Notes under the pieces: generated by a model
Seen by the model: the letters and a program-made list of their open reading frames with translations, nothing else
What the model was told of the DNA's origin: nothing
Databases searched by the model: none
Assembly (NCBI GenBank): GCA_964234715.1
Contig: OZ174276.1
Origin: Podarcis melisellensis
Lineage: Eukaryota
Direction: 5' to 3' (one strand)
DNA length: 64,000 bases
Shown: positions 1-13,269 of the stretch, piece by piece
Layout: each line of letters opens with the position of its first letter
How positions within the stretch are numbered: the stretch's first letter is position 1
Position numbers and translations under genes: made by a program

Positions 1-1449
1 TATTTGCCTTAGGCAAATATCTGTAGGAAGGCACACATGAAGCAATAAAATATAACAAGAATGTGGCTGTCTGAAAATAAAGGTCCTAATGTTTTAAATT
101 TGTATACGTGTGTGTGTGTGTGTAAAATAAAGGAGGGGGGAAGACACAAAGATTTGATTCAGAAATAATTGCCATGTGACTTGTGGGAAGGGAAGATTTG
201 TCTGAGTAATTCATTTTTACCGTCTGAATTTCAGTGATAAACACTATTCACTGTTTGTCTGCAAGTCTTAAGAAATAGCCGATCAGTCATTTTACTTAAA
301 GATGCATTTTTCTATTTAGGCATCTTAAGTAAGGCCTGGCTTCTGAGAGCTTTTGGATACACATTATCCATTTCTGGGGAGAACAATGGTGATTTTTAAT
401 GCTTCTACAGTTTCTATCCGGGATTAAATGCCATTGTGCCATGGGACCGATTGATCATTGGAGAAAATAAGCTGGTTGTAGGAAACATTCTGGGTCCTAA
501 AATGTTTATCTTCTCCTAACACAGTTGATTTCTCAATATTTTAGCATATGGTTAAATTTTTACATTCATAATTTAAGACTGCATGCTTCTGAGTAAGAAA
601 GTATCAAAATTGCACTTCTTAGTATGTTTACTGCAGGCATGTATGCATGGAGGAATTTATTCTTCCAGTGGTGTTAGTGTATGAATCACTGTATTGTTAT
701 ATGGTGGGGTGTGGGAGAAGGAAGACTTGACCTGCATGACAGCAGGATGCATTTTTGATGTATGAGAAATTAAAACTACAGTAGTCTATAAGAGGACAGG
801 GCTTTCAAAACATGTCCTCTGCTGTGAAAGCTGGAGGTTGTAATTAAATGCATGTTAAACTCCCATGAGCTTTCTGTAGCACAGGGATGCTAATAGAAGG
901 TTTTTTAAAATCTTTCTTTGGAATTGATAGAAGTGTATGATGCTTCAGAAACTCTCAATGGAAGTAAACAAATGTGATACTTCATAATAGTCAATTAAGC
1001 TAGACCTAGGGACTTTGAAGGCTTTTAGGCAATCCTTTTTGTCTGCATAATTCAGGTCATGGAATTCCACTTAAGAAATTCCAATACAGAATGTGTTACA
1101 AGCGAGAGAATGCAATTTTTTTCTATCCTAGAAGACATCCAGCCTTGGTTTAATGACTAGATGCCATGGATTTGTCATCTAGTCTGTCAGTGCTGCCCCC
1201 TGCCCCATCCAAACTTGGATGTGCTCAGCTTTATAGTTTGGTATGTCATACCAACAATACTGCTTTTTGCACACTCAGAACTATAATTTTTGCCCCAACT
1301 GGAAAGCTGCTGTTAAATGGGGGCTAGTGAAGCCCTGGGCTCTGGTTGCAAAATTGCATAATGTTCTTTCTATTGCACGATTAAGATGGGAAAGTCTTGC
1401 TGAGACTCCACAGCTGGTACTAGATTTGTGCTCTCAGTATATTTTAGAG

Positions 1450-1659
1450 CAGTGGTTTTCAACCAGTTCCCAAGGAGAGGGGAAAGGAGAAGAGACTTGT
1501 GGAACACTCCGCAAGGGAGGGTGTTCAAAAAGGGGTGAGGGGCTATTGGCTCTGCAAGCAAGGGATGATAAAACTGGGCTCCTAAGCCTCACAGGGGTGT
1601 CTCCAAAAGAATGTAGTTGGTCAAGGGAGTCGTGGACTCAAAAAGGTTGAAAACTTCTG
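1450..1659. mobile_element. hAT (Charlie-like) MITE
   Basis: TIRs CAGTGGTTTTCAACC / GGTTGAAAACTTCTG; 8-bp TSD TTTTAGAG (1442-1449) / TTTTAGAA (1660-1667) with central TA. Confidence 0.8.
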
Positions 1660-3210
1660 TTTTAGAACATATTGTTCTCCTGTTGGATATGCTCTCATCT
1701 CGAGAAGTCAGTGTTTCACACAGAAAAGTCAGAGGCAGCCGCTTTTCACATAGATATTTATTCCAGCTATTGGACATCTGCATTACTTGTGTGCCAACAG
1801 CGGGTATTGTTTCCTAATTACAAAGAGCTTGCAGCTTGATAAAGATTTTGCAAAGGAATGTTGTCATGAGTAAATTTTAAGACATCAAGCTGAGTTACTT
1901 TTCTTCTAGACCCATATCAACTACCTGCCCCCCTTTTAACTGCTGAACTTAAAAGACAAAGCTAGCAGAAGATAAACTATATATTATACATATGTAAATG
2001 CATGTCTACTCTGCCTCAGCTAAAGCTTTAAAGAATATGCTATTTCCAATGAGCGTCTAATAATGTTTCAGACATATATTGTTGAACTGATACTGCTGTT
2101 GAATGACATGTTTTTATTTTATTTAAAAACAACAACTTGAAAATAAGATTGCAGAATGCATGTGTCATCTAAGCTTGTACCAAAGAAGTATGTGAGAGGC
2201 AACTTTCAGATGATACCATTTTGATTCACTTTAAGGTAAATCTTGCTGATGAGGTGCTTTTCTAGCAGCATGTGAGATATCTAAAAGCACTTCACCTGTA
2301 TTTCCATGGTCCCTCTATCTGTGCACATTCATTTGCATATGTTCAGTTTACATTTATGTGCACCCGTCTCTGAGATACAGTAGATAATAGCTGCAGATTC
2401 TCTTTGATGTCTTAGGAAGCAATCTAAACTGGTGTGGGGCAGTGGCAGCAGAGAGACCTCTGCATCCAGGGCCAGGGTGGAGGGAGGATTTCATTTTTTC
2501 ACTGCACCAACTGCTGGCTAGCACAACATGTTGGCCTGGATCAGACCTCTTCCTGGTAGCTGGCCTGACTTAGGGTTCAGTGGATCCTTGGCTGGCCTTG
2601 CTCCACTCTGCTCCACCCCCAAACACCCTATTTCAAGAGTATATTCAAGCTACTGACAGTGAAGATACCACCAATGGTAGATTCTGCCCAGCTGTGGTTT
2701 AGGTGAGCATAGTTAGGAATTCTGCAGTGGCAGAACTCGCACACCAGCAGATCCAGGCAGACCAGTGTGGAGGAACATTCTGCATGCACAGCAGATGCCA
2801 TCCCGCTGAGCTATGGCCCCTTCCCCAAATGGGGGCTTTAAATTGTCCTCTTTTTATATTGTCATTGTATGTTTTTAAGTTTGTATATTGTGTTTGTTGC
2901 TTTGTGAGGATGTATTCCTGAAAAGCAGGATAAAACATCTGTGCAAGCCTTAAGGCCTAGGATGCTCAAGGCAAAGGACAAAGCTATGATAACTTGGAAC
3001 GGAATGATTCTATGCTTGGTTGTACACAGCAGAGGTATTCTTCCACATTCTTTCAGATAAAAATGCATGGGTTCATTACTTTTTATGAGAGGACAATTTA
3101 AGGCAACTATTGACCAGAGCCACAATTCAATGCACAGTTAATTGTGCTTAAGCCCTGCTGAAAGCAGTAGAGCCTAAGTGTACCAACTTGCATGGTGGCC
3201 AAAAGAAGGA

Positions 3211-4049
3211 TAATAGAATCGGTGTTGGAAGGGATCACAGGGGTCATTTTGTCCAACTCCTTACTATGCAGGAATCTCAGCTGTCGCATCCATGACAGGT
3301 AGCCACCCACACTCTGCACAAAAACCTCCAAGGAAGGAGAGTCCACAAAATCCGAAGGGAGACTGTCTTAATGTCAGAAAGTTCTTCCTCATGTTTTGCT
3401 TGAATCTCCTTTATTGTAATTTGAAGCCATTGGTTTGAGTCCTACTCTCCAGAGCAGGCAAAAACAAGCTTGTTCCATCTTCCATGTGACAGCCCTTTAG
3501 ATATTTGAAGATGGTTATCATATCTCCTCCCAGTCTCCTCTTTTACTGGCTAAACACACTCAGCCCCTTCAACCATTCTTCATAAGGCTTGGTTTCCAGA
3601 CCCTTGATCACCTTGGTCCTCCTCCTCTGTACACGTTCCAGCTTGTCAACATCTGTCTTAAATTGTGGTGCCTAGAAATGGATACAGTATCCCAGGTATG
3701 GTCTGACCAAAGCAGAATATTCTGTTGATACATCCTAGAATTGCATTTGTTTCTTTGCTGCTGTATCACACTGTTGACTCATGCTAAGCTTGTGGCCTAC
3801 TAAAACCCCTAGATCCTTTTCACATGTACTGCTAGTAAGCCATTTGTTCCCCATCTTATATTTGTACAGCTTGTTCTGCCTGCCTAAGAACCTTACATTT
3901 GTCCCTATTGAAATTCATTTTGTTAGTTTGGGCCCAGTTCTCCAGTCCGTTAAAGTCAATTTGTATCCCAATTCTGTCTTCTGCAGCATTAGCTACCCCT
4001 CCCAGTTTGGTGTCATCTGCAAATTTGATGAGCATCCCTTCAATTCCTT
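3211..4049 (-). mobile_element. CR1 LINE, 5'-truncated 3' fragment
   Basis: Minus strand reads ...ATGCTCATCAAATTTGCAGATGACACCAAACTGG (LIKFADDTKL, CR1 RT motif) through a CR1 3' UTR; homologous to the copies at 16089, 30692 and 56138. Confidence 0.92.
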
Positions 4050-4280
4050 GATAGGTTATATGTAGAATGTATGTTTTAACATGAATAATGCAGTTTAGTT
4101 ACTGAGTATAGCATGTTGCTATGGGAAATATTTTATCCAACTCAGAAGTGAATTGACAGCTGTGGTTTGGTTCAGCAAAATGTTTTAAACTGGAAAGATG
4201 CATCTACAGTACCCAGCACAAAGTGCCTGGCAAACTCCATTGAATCCAGAGATATATATTACTGATCACATAAACAATAA

Positions 4281-4528
4281 TGGGTTGTGTTCTGTGTAGC
4301 ACCACGTCTCTGGTTATTTCAGCACAATGATTTTTCCTTGTACAATGTAGCATTCTCTCTTCTACTCCCTCTAACACCCCCCCCCCCCGTAAATCCATTC
4401 TGGGAGGTTCTCATAACCCTCCAAAGCAGATTTTGAGGGGATGGTTGGGGGGGGGAGAGGGCAGGAACATTCAATTGACTAGCGGCAATTCTTGCATGCA
4501 AACAACTAATTTAGTTGAATACCACCCA
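4281..4528. mobile_element. PIF/Harbinger-like palindromic MITE
   Basis: TIRs TGGGTTGTGTTC / GAATACCACCCA flanked by TAA / TTA; internal C-run and G-run form an imperfect palindrome. Confidence 0.6.
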
Positions 4529-7500
4529 TTAATTTCCCTCCTAAAGAAGTTAATGCACATTGTTTAATTATTTGACTTTCTGTGTATACTCTGAAGCAAT
4601 AAATAGAATGATCATTATCTATTATTGTTCCTGGAGGTCAAACATAAACTACTTCAAGGTGGTGATGATAATAAGAAACTAAAACATATACATATTATTA
4701 TAGGAAAACTGTGAAATGTTTCTATAATAATTTGTGGAGTCTGTTGCCTGTCTTACAGGCCAAATCATGGACCTCTTTGTCCTCTTGGTGGAATAATAGG
4801 TTATTGCTGTGCCCATCTTATGTGTTTGGCAGACTGCACCAAGCAGGGGTATAGAGAATTACCTTCCTATTTTTGAGAAAAAAGTGTTAAATTTGTTTTC
4901 ACTGTGCTGTTGGGATGCTGTCCTAGAGCCGAGGCTTGCTACTGATAAATATTCTATCAGGAGAATATCAGGACACTGTTTCTTTGGGTCTGAGAGTTGA
5001 TCTTTTGTAACCTGTTCAGCAAGTGCAGACTAGCTCCCTGAGTTCAAATAAGATGGGCCTAATTTCTCCTCATAAGAGAGAGAAAACAAGTGCATTAAAC
5101 AATTAACTTATAGAAATTGAGAAAGTACTCTGCAACTTTTGTTGTTGTATTTGAATTTCAGCAGATCATGAAAGTGTTATTCTCACAACAATCTGAGAGA
5201 TAGTGACATGTCCAGTGTTACCCAGTGATTGTTATGGCCAATTGGGATTTGAACCTGGGTCTTTCCATTCAGCACTTCACATGGTACACCACATTGGTAC
5301 CATCAGTCCTGTTATACCACATTACCTGTGCATGGAAACATGAGTGTGCCATTTATTTTAATCTCTCTACTTCTTGCACTATGAGATGTCCCCCAGCCTT
5401 TCTGGTGGTTGCAGCTATGACCATACCTGAAAAGCATATGAGCTACTATACCTAGAGGAATTTCAGGATAATCATTCTTGAAGCATGAGGCTAAAGTGCA
5501 CAAAATAACTCCTGTAATGCACAAACTTTTAATAATGTCTGTTTTAAAATAACCAAGGTTACAAAATTAGCATACCCATCTTGTGCTTTCATGCCCAAGC
5601 TATGGCTTTGAACAATCTAGGTTTTGTGTGTTGTCTTGCTGTTGCCATCATTGCATTAATCATGATGTTGCTGCATCAGTGGCAACTTGGCTGTAGAAAC
5701 TTAGTAACTGATTATGCCATGGAGTGTAGTTGTGGAATAATTCATATGTACACATGCTTTCTGAGTAGTAATATTCAATCTGGTGTCATAATTGAAGCAC
5801 ACATATGCGAGAGACATTAGCTTCTGGAACTGCTATTCAGTCATATTAACTCATATGTATTAGTGTTGTTTACAGTCATGGCCAGTTTATGCCTCATTTT
5901 GAAGGAGCGGTTAGGTGGCAAGGCCTAGAAATCAACCGAGGGTATAGCCTTTGCTGCTGCACTCTTTCACTTCACCCTCTCTTCAGGCTTAAGAATCAAT
6001 TTCCTGCTTTTGGAAAATGCTTTATTTGTTCAACAGAGCCATCATGGAAACAAACAGGGATATTCACAACTTTTTAGGGGTTTTGTTTTTTGTTTTGTTG
6101 TGGGTATATTGTTCAACATGTTCTTGACATTAGTGGTGGATTTAGTCAGCTTTAATTTGTTATGTGATTCTTTTCTAATGTTATCACAGTATTTCAATCT
6201 GGAGCGGCTATAGCAAACAAACAAACAAAACTCCCAAAACCAAAACCAACAGTACAATGGTGTAATTTTAAAAAAGTTATGGGATTTTAGCAGGAAGTTA
6301 CAGAATATGTACTGACTGGAAATGAAGCGGTGTGACCATCCCAAAATGTTAGCAAGTGCAAACAATACTGAAAGCAGGGCAACGTATGACCACCCCTGGT
6401 AGCATTATAAACACAAATCATCATGAATGTGTACTGAAAAGCACACCTGGATGGGCCCTAGGTGCTGTTGGTTGGCCATTCTTGGCAAAGATGGTCAAGA
6501 CAAATGTTGATAATAGTACCAGGACTGATATACCGCCTGCTTTTATTGAATCCTTTCTTTTCTTTCCAAAATTAAGCATACTACGCTTTTTATGTGCCAT
6601 TGATTGCCATATCCATTTTGTCTCATGAATCAATCCACTTAAACTATTACTTTTGTGTGAAGCATGCAACATAGCACTGTCACCACAGAGGCAAACTTTA
6701 AATGTGAGTTTACTAACAAAATAATCTATGCCTTGATGTTATTATGTTTTATTTCCTTTTGGCTAAATGGCCAGATAAGCTTATTCTCCCTTCTCCCACC
6801 CCTACATCTTTCCCAGCCTTGTGGATGTAAGAGGGCTGGTTTTGTGGGGGCCATTTCACTTCTGTCTCTCAGAGAAGAAGGGAAATTTACAATTAGGGGC
6901 TGGTAGGTTTTGACAAGGTTTACCAGGAAGGAAAGGTCTTTCACATAAATACTTGGGGGAATAGTTTCTAGCCTGCAGGGGTGCTTATCATGATATGTTC
7001 TTCTGCTGTAGATTTTCCCTTATTGCTGCACTTTCGTTTCCTGCCTTATGGAGTGTTTAAATCAAATGAAAGGTAAGAACAAAGTTCCAGCTGACTTTTG
7101 TTTTTTAAGTCTGGTCCTCCATCATTTTAAACTCTAAATTGCCCCTTAGGAAACCAGTGCTTTATTGTATAGTCCAACTGCAGTCCTGTTTTCTATACAG
7201 GTAATAAATCTTCCCAGGGATTAGTGAGGTTTCCATTTGAATTAAAATATCGCTTTGGGGGAAAACCTGTCTCTTCAGTTCCCCTTCTTGCATAGTCAGT
7301 GTCTCTCTCCGTTCTGGATTTATGCCACGGTTCTGACTTTGCACTTCTGCTTGCCCCTTTGCAGACTTTCTAAAAGCTGTTTTGAGTTGCATGCCACAGA
7401 AGCCATGAGAAAATCCCCATCAGAATAAGATTAACAAACTACCTCTCTGGTACAGATATGACTTGTCAAAATGACAACTGAAGAGAACCTTAGCTGGTTG

Positions 7501-7655
7501 CCCTATTGATAATGCTTATTTTTAAACTCTGCTAAAACTTTGACAGGTTTTTTTATTATAATTATTCAGGAAGAAAAGACAAAGCTTAGTCATTCTGGTT
7601 TCATTTCAGGGCCCTGTTCACAGAAATGCAGAGTGCATTCTTCTTCCATATAGAG

Positions 7656-7913
7656 TGTTAAGTTGTGGGTGAATATATCAGACGACATAGCGATTCTTCA
7701 AACAGCTCTTGCTTATTCACAGGCCAGAACAGAACTGAACTGAAGGGTTCAGCCAGCCTGCTTATATAGAGCTCCAGAACAACGTAATTGCAACAACTTT
7801 CTGTAACTATCCAATCACTGAATGTCACTTTCGATCCCTTATTTGCATATGTGGACCTGAACTATCTACAGTATTCCCCTGCTGGCCCAAGGTGAGAACT
7901 TCAGTACATAACA
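7656..7913 (-). mobile_element. Solo LTR (LTR retrotransposon/ERV)
   Basis: Termini TGTTA...TAACA; perfect 5-bp TSD TAGAG (7651-7655, 7914-7918); minus strand has octamer ATGCAAAT, ATTGG, CTATATAAG TATA box and an AATAAG polyA-like signal in U3-R-U5 order. Confidence 0.9.
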
Positions 7914-9229
7914 TAGAGGGCTTGAACTGGTGCCATGCAGTCAGTATTTGATGTTAGGTGGAGGGCTGGGGAGCAAGGTGACAAGCAGCCATACATATTA
8001 CTGTTTCCCAGTCCCATCTCATCTCTCTTGCTGCTCTGCACTTGATAGTGTACTCCACCTCTGGGCATATCCAGCAAATCAAAGGCTCACATGCACGGAG
8101 ATTGTAGGAGAGACTGGATTTTACCTATGTAAAACTGGTATGTGCAGTAGCCCATGTGGTGCCCTCTGGATATTTCTGGACCTCCAACTCCTAGCAGCTG
8201 CAGTCAGCATGGCCAATGTTCAGGGGCAGGGGCAGCCCAAGACATTTTGGTACCTGTGGAGAACCACTAAATGATGCCCCCAGCCACTGAGAGGGGGGGA
8301 TTCAAAATCAACATCATGATCTGAACGGAGGAGTGAAGATCAGCATTGGAATTAAAGGGGGGAGTGAGTTGAGGGAAGTGTTGGTCACATGGGTTGCTAG
8401 GGGGATAGCTGGACCAAAGGGGCTATCAGTACTTTTTCTGATGGACTATTGTGCCTTAGTGTAGGAGCTCCTTACATTTTGGGGAGTGGTTGTATCCCGT
8501 TTTTCCTGAGCATTTAGGGCCTCTCCTATAACCTTGTGATACTGACATATGTGACAGCAGTTGGCAAATTCAGGTAAGATACCAATGCAGTGGAAGTTGC
8601 TCCCAGTATCCTTCACCATATGGAAGCAGAGGTTCAGATAGCTTACTGTTGCAGAAGATAAGGCTTAGTTAAACAGTTCTGGATGTGGATAAATACAGCT
8701 TGTAGACTTCTGCAGATACAGATATCTACAGATGCATAGTACAAAGTATCTCCATTGCTCTAAATAAGTTCAGCAAATCAAGATGTAACACTAGGCAAGT
8801 AACACCGACTGGCTAACTGACTAATAAACAGACAAACTGCAGACAAATAGACTGACTACTGAGCTGATACACATTAACCACAGATACAATTGGGGCACTG
8901 GGCTGTTACCATAACACTTGGCTTAGCTGCCCTTTCACTTACGATTAGCTCATCCATGGTGATTTACACTCATGAAGGAAATCAATCCCTTCTCATGTTC
9001 AGTTGGTCCAGCATTGAGAAGACAGATGGCCCAAGGCATTTCACCTCTATGTGCTTTCAAGGCTTGGGTTGGGACCTGGGTAGCTTAACAGAAAGTAAAA
9101 TGATCAAGAAGATAGGATTAATGCTTTGGATCAATGGCTTTGTCTTTCTGTGTAGTCTACTACTGTAGTCTTTAATTTGGTGGTCATGGGGAAGGGGGGA
9201 GATCCCATATAAAGCATTGCAAATTCAAG

Positions 9230-9570
9230 AGGATCATTATTATTTTTACTGAATCCAACTTTTGCCCATGGAAAAGCAAAGCGCGTCATGTGTGAGAGTG
9301 AATGTGTGTGGTTTCCAGTAACTCACTTTCTTGACTCTCCAATCTCAGTTAATGTTAACTGTTTACATCTGCCAATGTAGCTTATTGACTTCGCTGAGTG
9401 AATTCAAACTCCATAAGTTGATTTAATAATTTACTGATTAGTTATTAGAAATAGTGATTGCATAGCAAAATGAGAGGAGGAGAAAAGGCGCATTTCAGTT
9501 TATGGAGATTTATTTTGTCTTATTAGATCTGACATGAATAGAGAGGAGACTTAAATAATCAGCAGGAAGA
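9230..9570. promoter_or_regulatory. Candidate conserved non-coding element/enhancer
   Basis: No repeat recognised; retained CpGs; GTTAATGTTAAC (HNF1-like) next to TGTTTAC (FOX); multiple TAAT/TTTATGG homeodomain motifs. Conservation not verified. Confidence 0.35.
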
Positions 9571-10307
9571 TTAGGAGTATATTCTAAGCTTATCATTGGT
9601 TATTCCCTTGCACATTCTTTTATTGATTGTTTCTGAATGAAGAAGGCATCCATTTCCTCTTAATTTCTTATATAATCTGTCCCCCACCCCACTATTTTTG
9701 AAGTTTGTGACTGGGTTCAGTCATTCTGCCTTTCCAGAAATAAAAAGTAGGTGAGGAGATAGCATCTTACTTTCTGTAGTGAGTTATGATAATATATGCT
9801 TTTGAGTTGCACAGAACTCCCGTGTCAGAGAAAATAAGAACAAATTTACTTCTCAGCTCCCAAAAGAAAGATAGTATTTTATAATAATTGTTGGCCTGTA
9901 ATTCAAAACATTGTATGCTGTCAGCCACAGGAACTGATCAATTAAATATTTTTTTGGTCTTTTTTAAAAACAGCTTACCACTATTTCCTATAGGGAAATG
10001 CCACAGCTCAGGCTGTGTTTGGCTGTCTCATTTTCTCTCAAGGGACTTCCAAATGCAAAATCTAATATCAGGTAAAGCTGTAATCCAAGTGGGACAAGAA
10101 TTTGTTCAATACTTAAAACCTAAAGCAGAAGTAAAGTTTGTCACTACAGGAAAAAAGAATGAGGGAGCAGAAACAAAAATGACCGATGTTGTCAGTGTTC
10201 GAAACTGAGATATAAAATCTAGGAGCCAAATGGCACCTTAAATCTAGGCTGTGGTCACCACAACAATATATCTAGGCACATTTCTTTTTATAAGATTGTA
10301 AAGCAAA

Positions 10308-10475
10308 TGGTCTACCGGGCAGCATGGCATCAAAAGACAACTTAGGGTGCCTGCACTGCTGCTTGAATCAGTTGACTCACATAGCACCAAAAGACATGTG
10401 CAAGCTTGCTGATTCATGGGGCAGCGCAGCACCAAATTAGGTGTGTCTTTTTATGCCACACTGTCCTGCAGACCA
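10308..10475. mobile_element. Old palindromic MITE-like long inverted repeat
   Basis: Arm 10308-10371 (TGGTCTACCGGGCAGCATGGCATCAAAAGACA...TGAATCAG) is an imperfect reverse complement of 10409-10475 (CTGATTCA...TGTCTTTTTATGCCACACTGTCCTGCAGACCA). Confidence 0.6.
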
Positions 10476-10734
10476 GCTGACTGACGTGGATTCAACTCTC
10501 TGCCCGTTCAGATTGATACTTGCTTACATTTAGTAAGTGACCTGCTGCATGTGAATTGCTGTAGGTTGTATGATATAAACTCTCGGGGTTTTTTTCTTCC
10601 CAAAATGGAACAACACCATAAGCCTCCAAGTTACCATGTGCTTGATTACTGATCAGCTCACTAGCCCAATTAAGAGTCAACTGAATGGCTTGCAGACAAG
10701 TGCACAGATGGGTAATCAAGGAAGTGGCATATGA

Positions 10735-11030
10735 AACAAGTTATAATACGTAGTGGACATGTACTTATCCACAAAAATGCTGGAAGATGATTATTAAAAT
10801 AACTAGAATTTCTGAAGTTATTTTAGATCCAGTATTTATAGCGTTATATGCCAGCCACTAAAAAGAAAGAACATAATGAACTTATTTGTGATTTGTTAAG
10901 ATCTGCACAGATGTTATTGACTCAGTGTTGGATAGTTGCATTACTCCCACATTTAAAAGAATGGTATAATGAATGTTGGGATTCCCCCCCCCCCCAATTT
11001 CAAAAATTGCCAGACTTGACAGTACCTGGT
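10735..11030 (+). mobile_element. Old L1/Tx1-like LINE ORF2 C-terminal relic
   Basis: Translation ELICDLLRSAQMLLTQCW...PHLKEWYNECWD resembles the L1-clade C-terminal LL.AA..LIA..W....P.LEEW pattern seen in the 25330 copy. Confidence 0.55.
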
Positions 11031-11399
11031 TTTTAATTGGCTAATGCTAATAATGATAATCACTGCAGGTTAATCTTTTAAATTAGAATACAGAGAGGTT
11101 GTATAGCTTGGCTATTCTGACCCCCATTTCACTCTCCCACCCCCAGTTTCATCTGTACCTCATATCTTCCATTAATTGCATACAGAGCAGTATAATACAG
11201 AGTTGTAGTTTGTTGTACGAGCCAAAGGATCATTACTATGATGCTATCAGTATCTCTCTTTTTTACCAGAATTCTACAAATATATTTCACATTCTCATTC
11301 CTGAAATGAAAAATGTAGTCTACCAGTGTTGTCAAGTGGTTAAGCTGCTCTCTTCCCAGCATTTATTCAGGACACATTTTCAGTTCAGCAGGGAATGTT

Positions 11400-11625
11400 A
11401 TTACTAAGTGATGAACAAGTCTGCATTCAGAGTACAGCAAGCGATTGACATTCAGAAAGCTAATCATGGAAACTTTTCATCCAGAAGAAGCTGACGCTGA
11501 TAGAAAACCCGATAACCACAAGAGACGACTGGTATGCACTGTCAGTTCAGAACAAGTGTTATAAAAGTGGCGAAGGAGGGAAGGCTGGGGTGTGTTATCG
11601 GCGCCGTGCTATTGTCAGGGTAGGG
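11400..11625. promoter_or_regulatory. Candidate regulatory element (GATA/RUNX/CACCC cluster)
   Basis: TGATAG 11498-11503, CGATAA 11510-11515, AACCACA 11514-11520, GGGGTGTG 11587-11594, TTATCG 11595-11600; locally high CpG retention. Confidence 0.35.
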
Positions 11626-12220
11626 ACAACACTACTGGGATGATGTGGTATGTTGGGCTTTCTTGAGGGCTTTCTTGAGAAACTACCTAATAAAAGTAGT
11701 AGTAGTACCTGTACCTTTGTTTGTGGGTCATATAGGAGATAGCTGTTCTTTTGTGGCATTTTAATATTTCACAAATATTGTTTATGGCTGAACCATAGTG
11801 GGTTGATGCCCTGAAAAATGAGTGGTGGCCTCAGACACACAGACAAGCGTGTTTGCTCCCCAGCTCTGTTTACTCAACATCTTCCTCCTGTTTCAAGTCC
11901 CTCCCCACTGTCTCTGCCAATCAGGTCTACCCCACTGATTAGGCTGAGGGAAGCAGTTGTCCCGTCCCCCCACAGAAGCATGGAGGAGAACCCTGAAACA
12001 ACCTCTGCCTTGCCCTCTTTGAGCCCCTGCCATAGGAAGTGGTGGTAGTAGCTGGCTGGACGAGGAGTTTTCCTGTTGGTGTGCTGCCAAACCTTCATTT
12101 GATTGTACTGGGATGGGAGCTGTGCTTTGCATGTTGTATGGAAACACCATTTCTTTAAATGAATTTATTTTTCCCCCGTGGTATTACGGTATATGCTGAT
12201 TTTAAATAATAACAATAATT

Positions 12221-12358
12221 TTGACCAAACTGCAGGAGGCAGTGGAAGGCAGGAGTGCCTGGCGTGCTCTGGTCCATGGGGTCACGAAGAGTCGGACACG
12301 ACTAAACGACTAAACAACAACAATAACAACAACAACAACAAATAATAATAATAATAAT
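12221..12358 (+). mobile_element. BovB (RTE) LINE extreme 3' end with (AAC/AAT)n tail
   Basis: GGAGTGCCTGGCGTGCTCTGGTCCATGGGGTCACGAAGAGTCGGACACGACTAAACGACTAAACAACAAC, matching the 3' end of the 62052 copy. Confidence 0.92.
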
Positions 12359-13072
12359 AGATGTAAGTCACATCAGCCACTTAAATGAACCAAGCTCTGG
12401 TTCCTAGAGAGGCGTGTTCTGATCTCAAAGGGAAACCTGCTGCTTGTGTTCTTTGGCAGGGAAGCCAAGCAAGGGAGGCTGATATCCACCAGCAGTCAAG
12501 GAGGAGATACAGTTGTAGTGGGCAACTTTGGCAGAGATGTGGAGAAGTATTTACATGGTGTGTATAAGTTGGGGACTGGAGAGGAGAGAGAGAAGGGGAG
12601 AACCTTCCACCACCTCCCTTCTCAGCATCCCAGGCTACTCTGTTCAATGTAGCTGCATTTCTGTTGCAGGCTCCTTGAAGCTTCCAAGCCATGAGATTTG
12701 AGGAAGGGGGAAGCAGCTTTACTTACTGGTGGAGGAAAGAGCCTGTGTGTGCATGTGCCCCCTTAAAAAAAGAAGTAGTCTGCTTTCTCTGTGCAGAGTG
12801 CCACCACACTCCTCCCCAAATCAGTAGGATCTGGTTGCAATATTTACCCTCATATTGCTTTCTTTGGATGACACAGTTTTTCCTTCTTGGGGCTTCATGC
12901 CCAGTCTTTGTGGGGCACCTGGGTGTGTTGCCCGGTTGCAGTGAGAAAAGCCAGGGGTGGAGGGGGAGGAAGAGCTCTGCATTCATATTTTTTTTATTTT
13001 GTTGGCAAAGCTGGAGAAGAGCTGTCCTTGATTTTTCTTTGAAATGAAAAGAGCCCTGTCAGTTTGTATGTA

Positions 13073-13074
<2 letters not shown>

Positions 13075-13113
<39 letters not shown>
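13075..13113. repeat. (TG)n microsatellite
   Basis: Direct sequence. Confidence 0.98.
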
Positions 13114-13115
<2 letters not shown>

Positions 13116-13269
13116 GGGTTGACCTGGTCAGGCTCTTTTTCACCTTCTAAAGTCTCAAAGCCAGGGGCTGGAGAAACTAAATGCACCTCCTCAGCTGGAT
13201 TTATGCTGCTCAGTGAGGAGGGATGTCTGCATGCATCCTTTTTGAGAATTGATGGATTGATTGCAGTTC

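Noticed and set aside
7012-7072. Possible 61-nt + strand exon (TGTAG|...AAG|GTAAGA)
   Set aside because: Peptide unrecognised and no partner exons; such splice-like pairs are expected by chance in 64 kb
8550-8900. Possible second solo LTR (GACT/AGAT-rich stretch)
   Set aside because: No convincing TG...CA termini with a TSD could be defined
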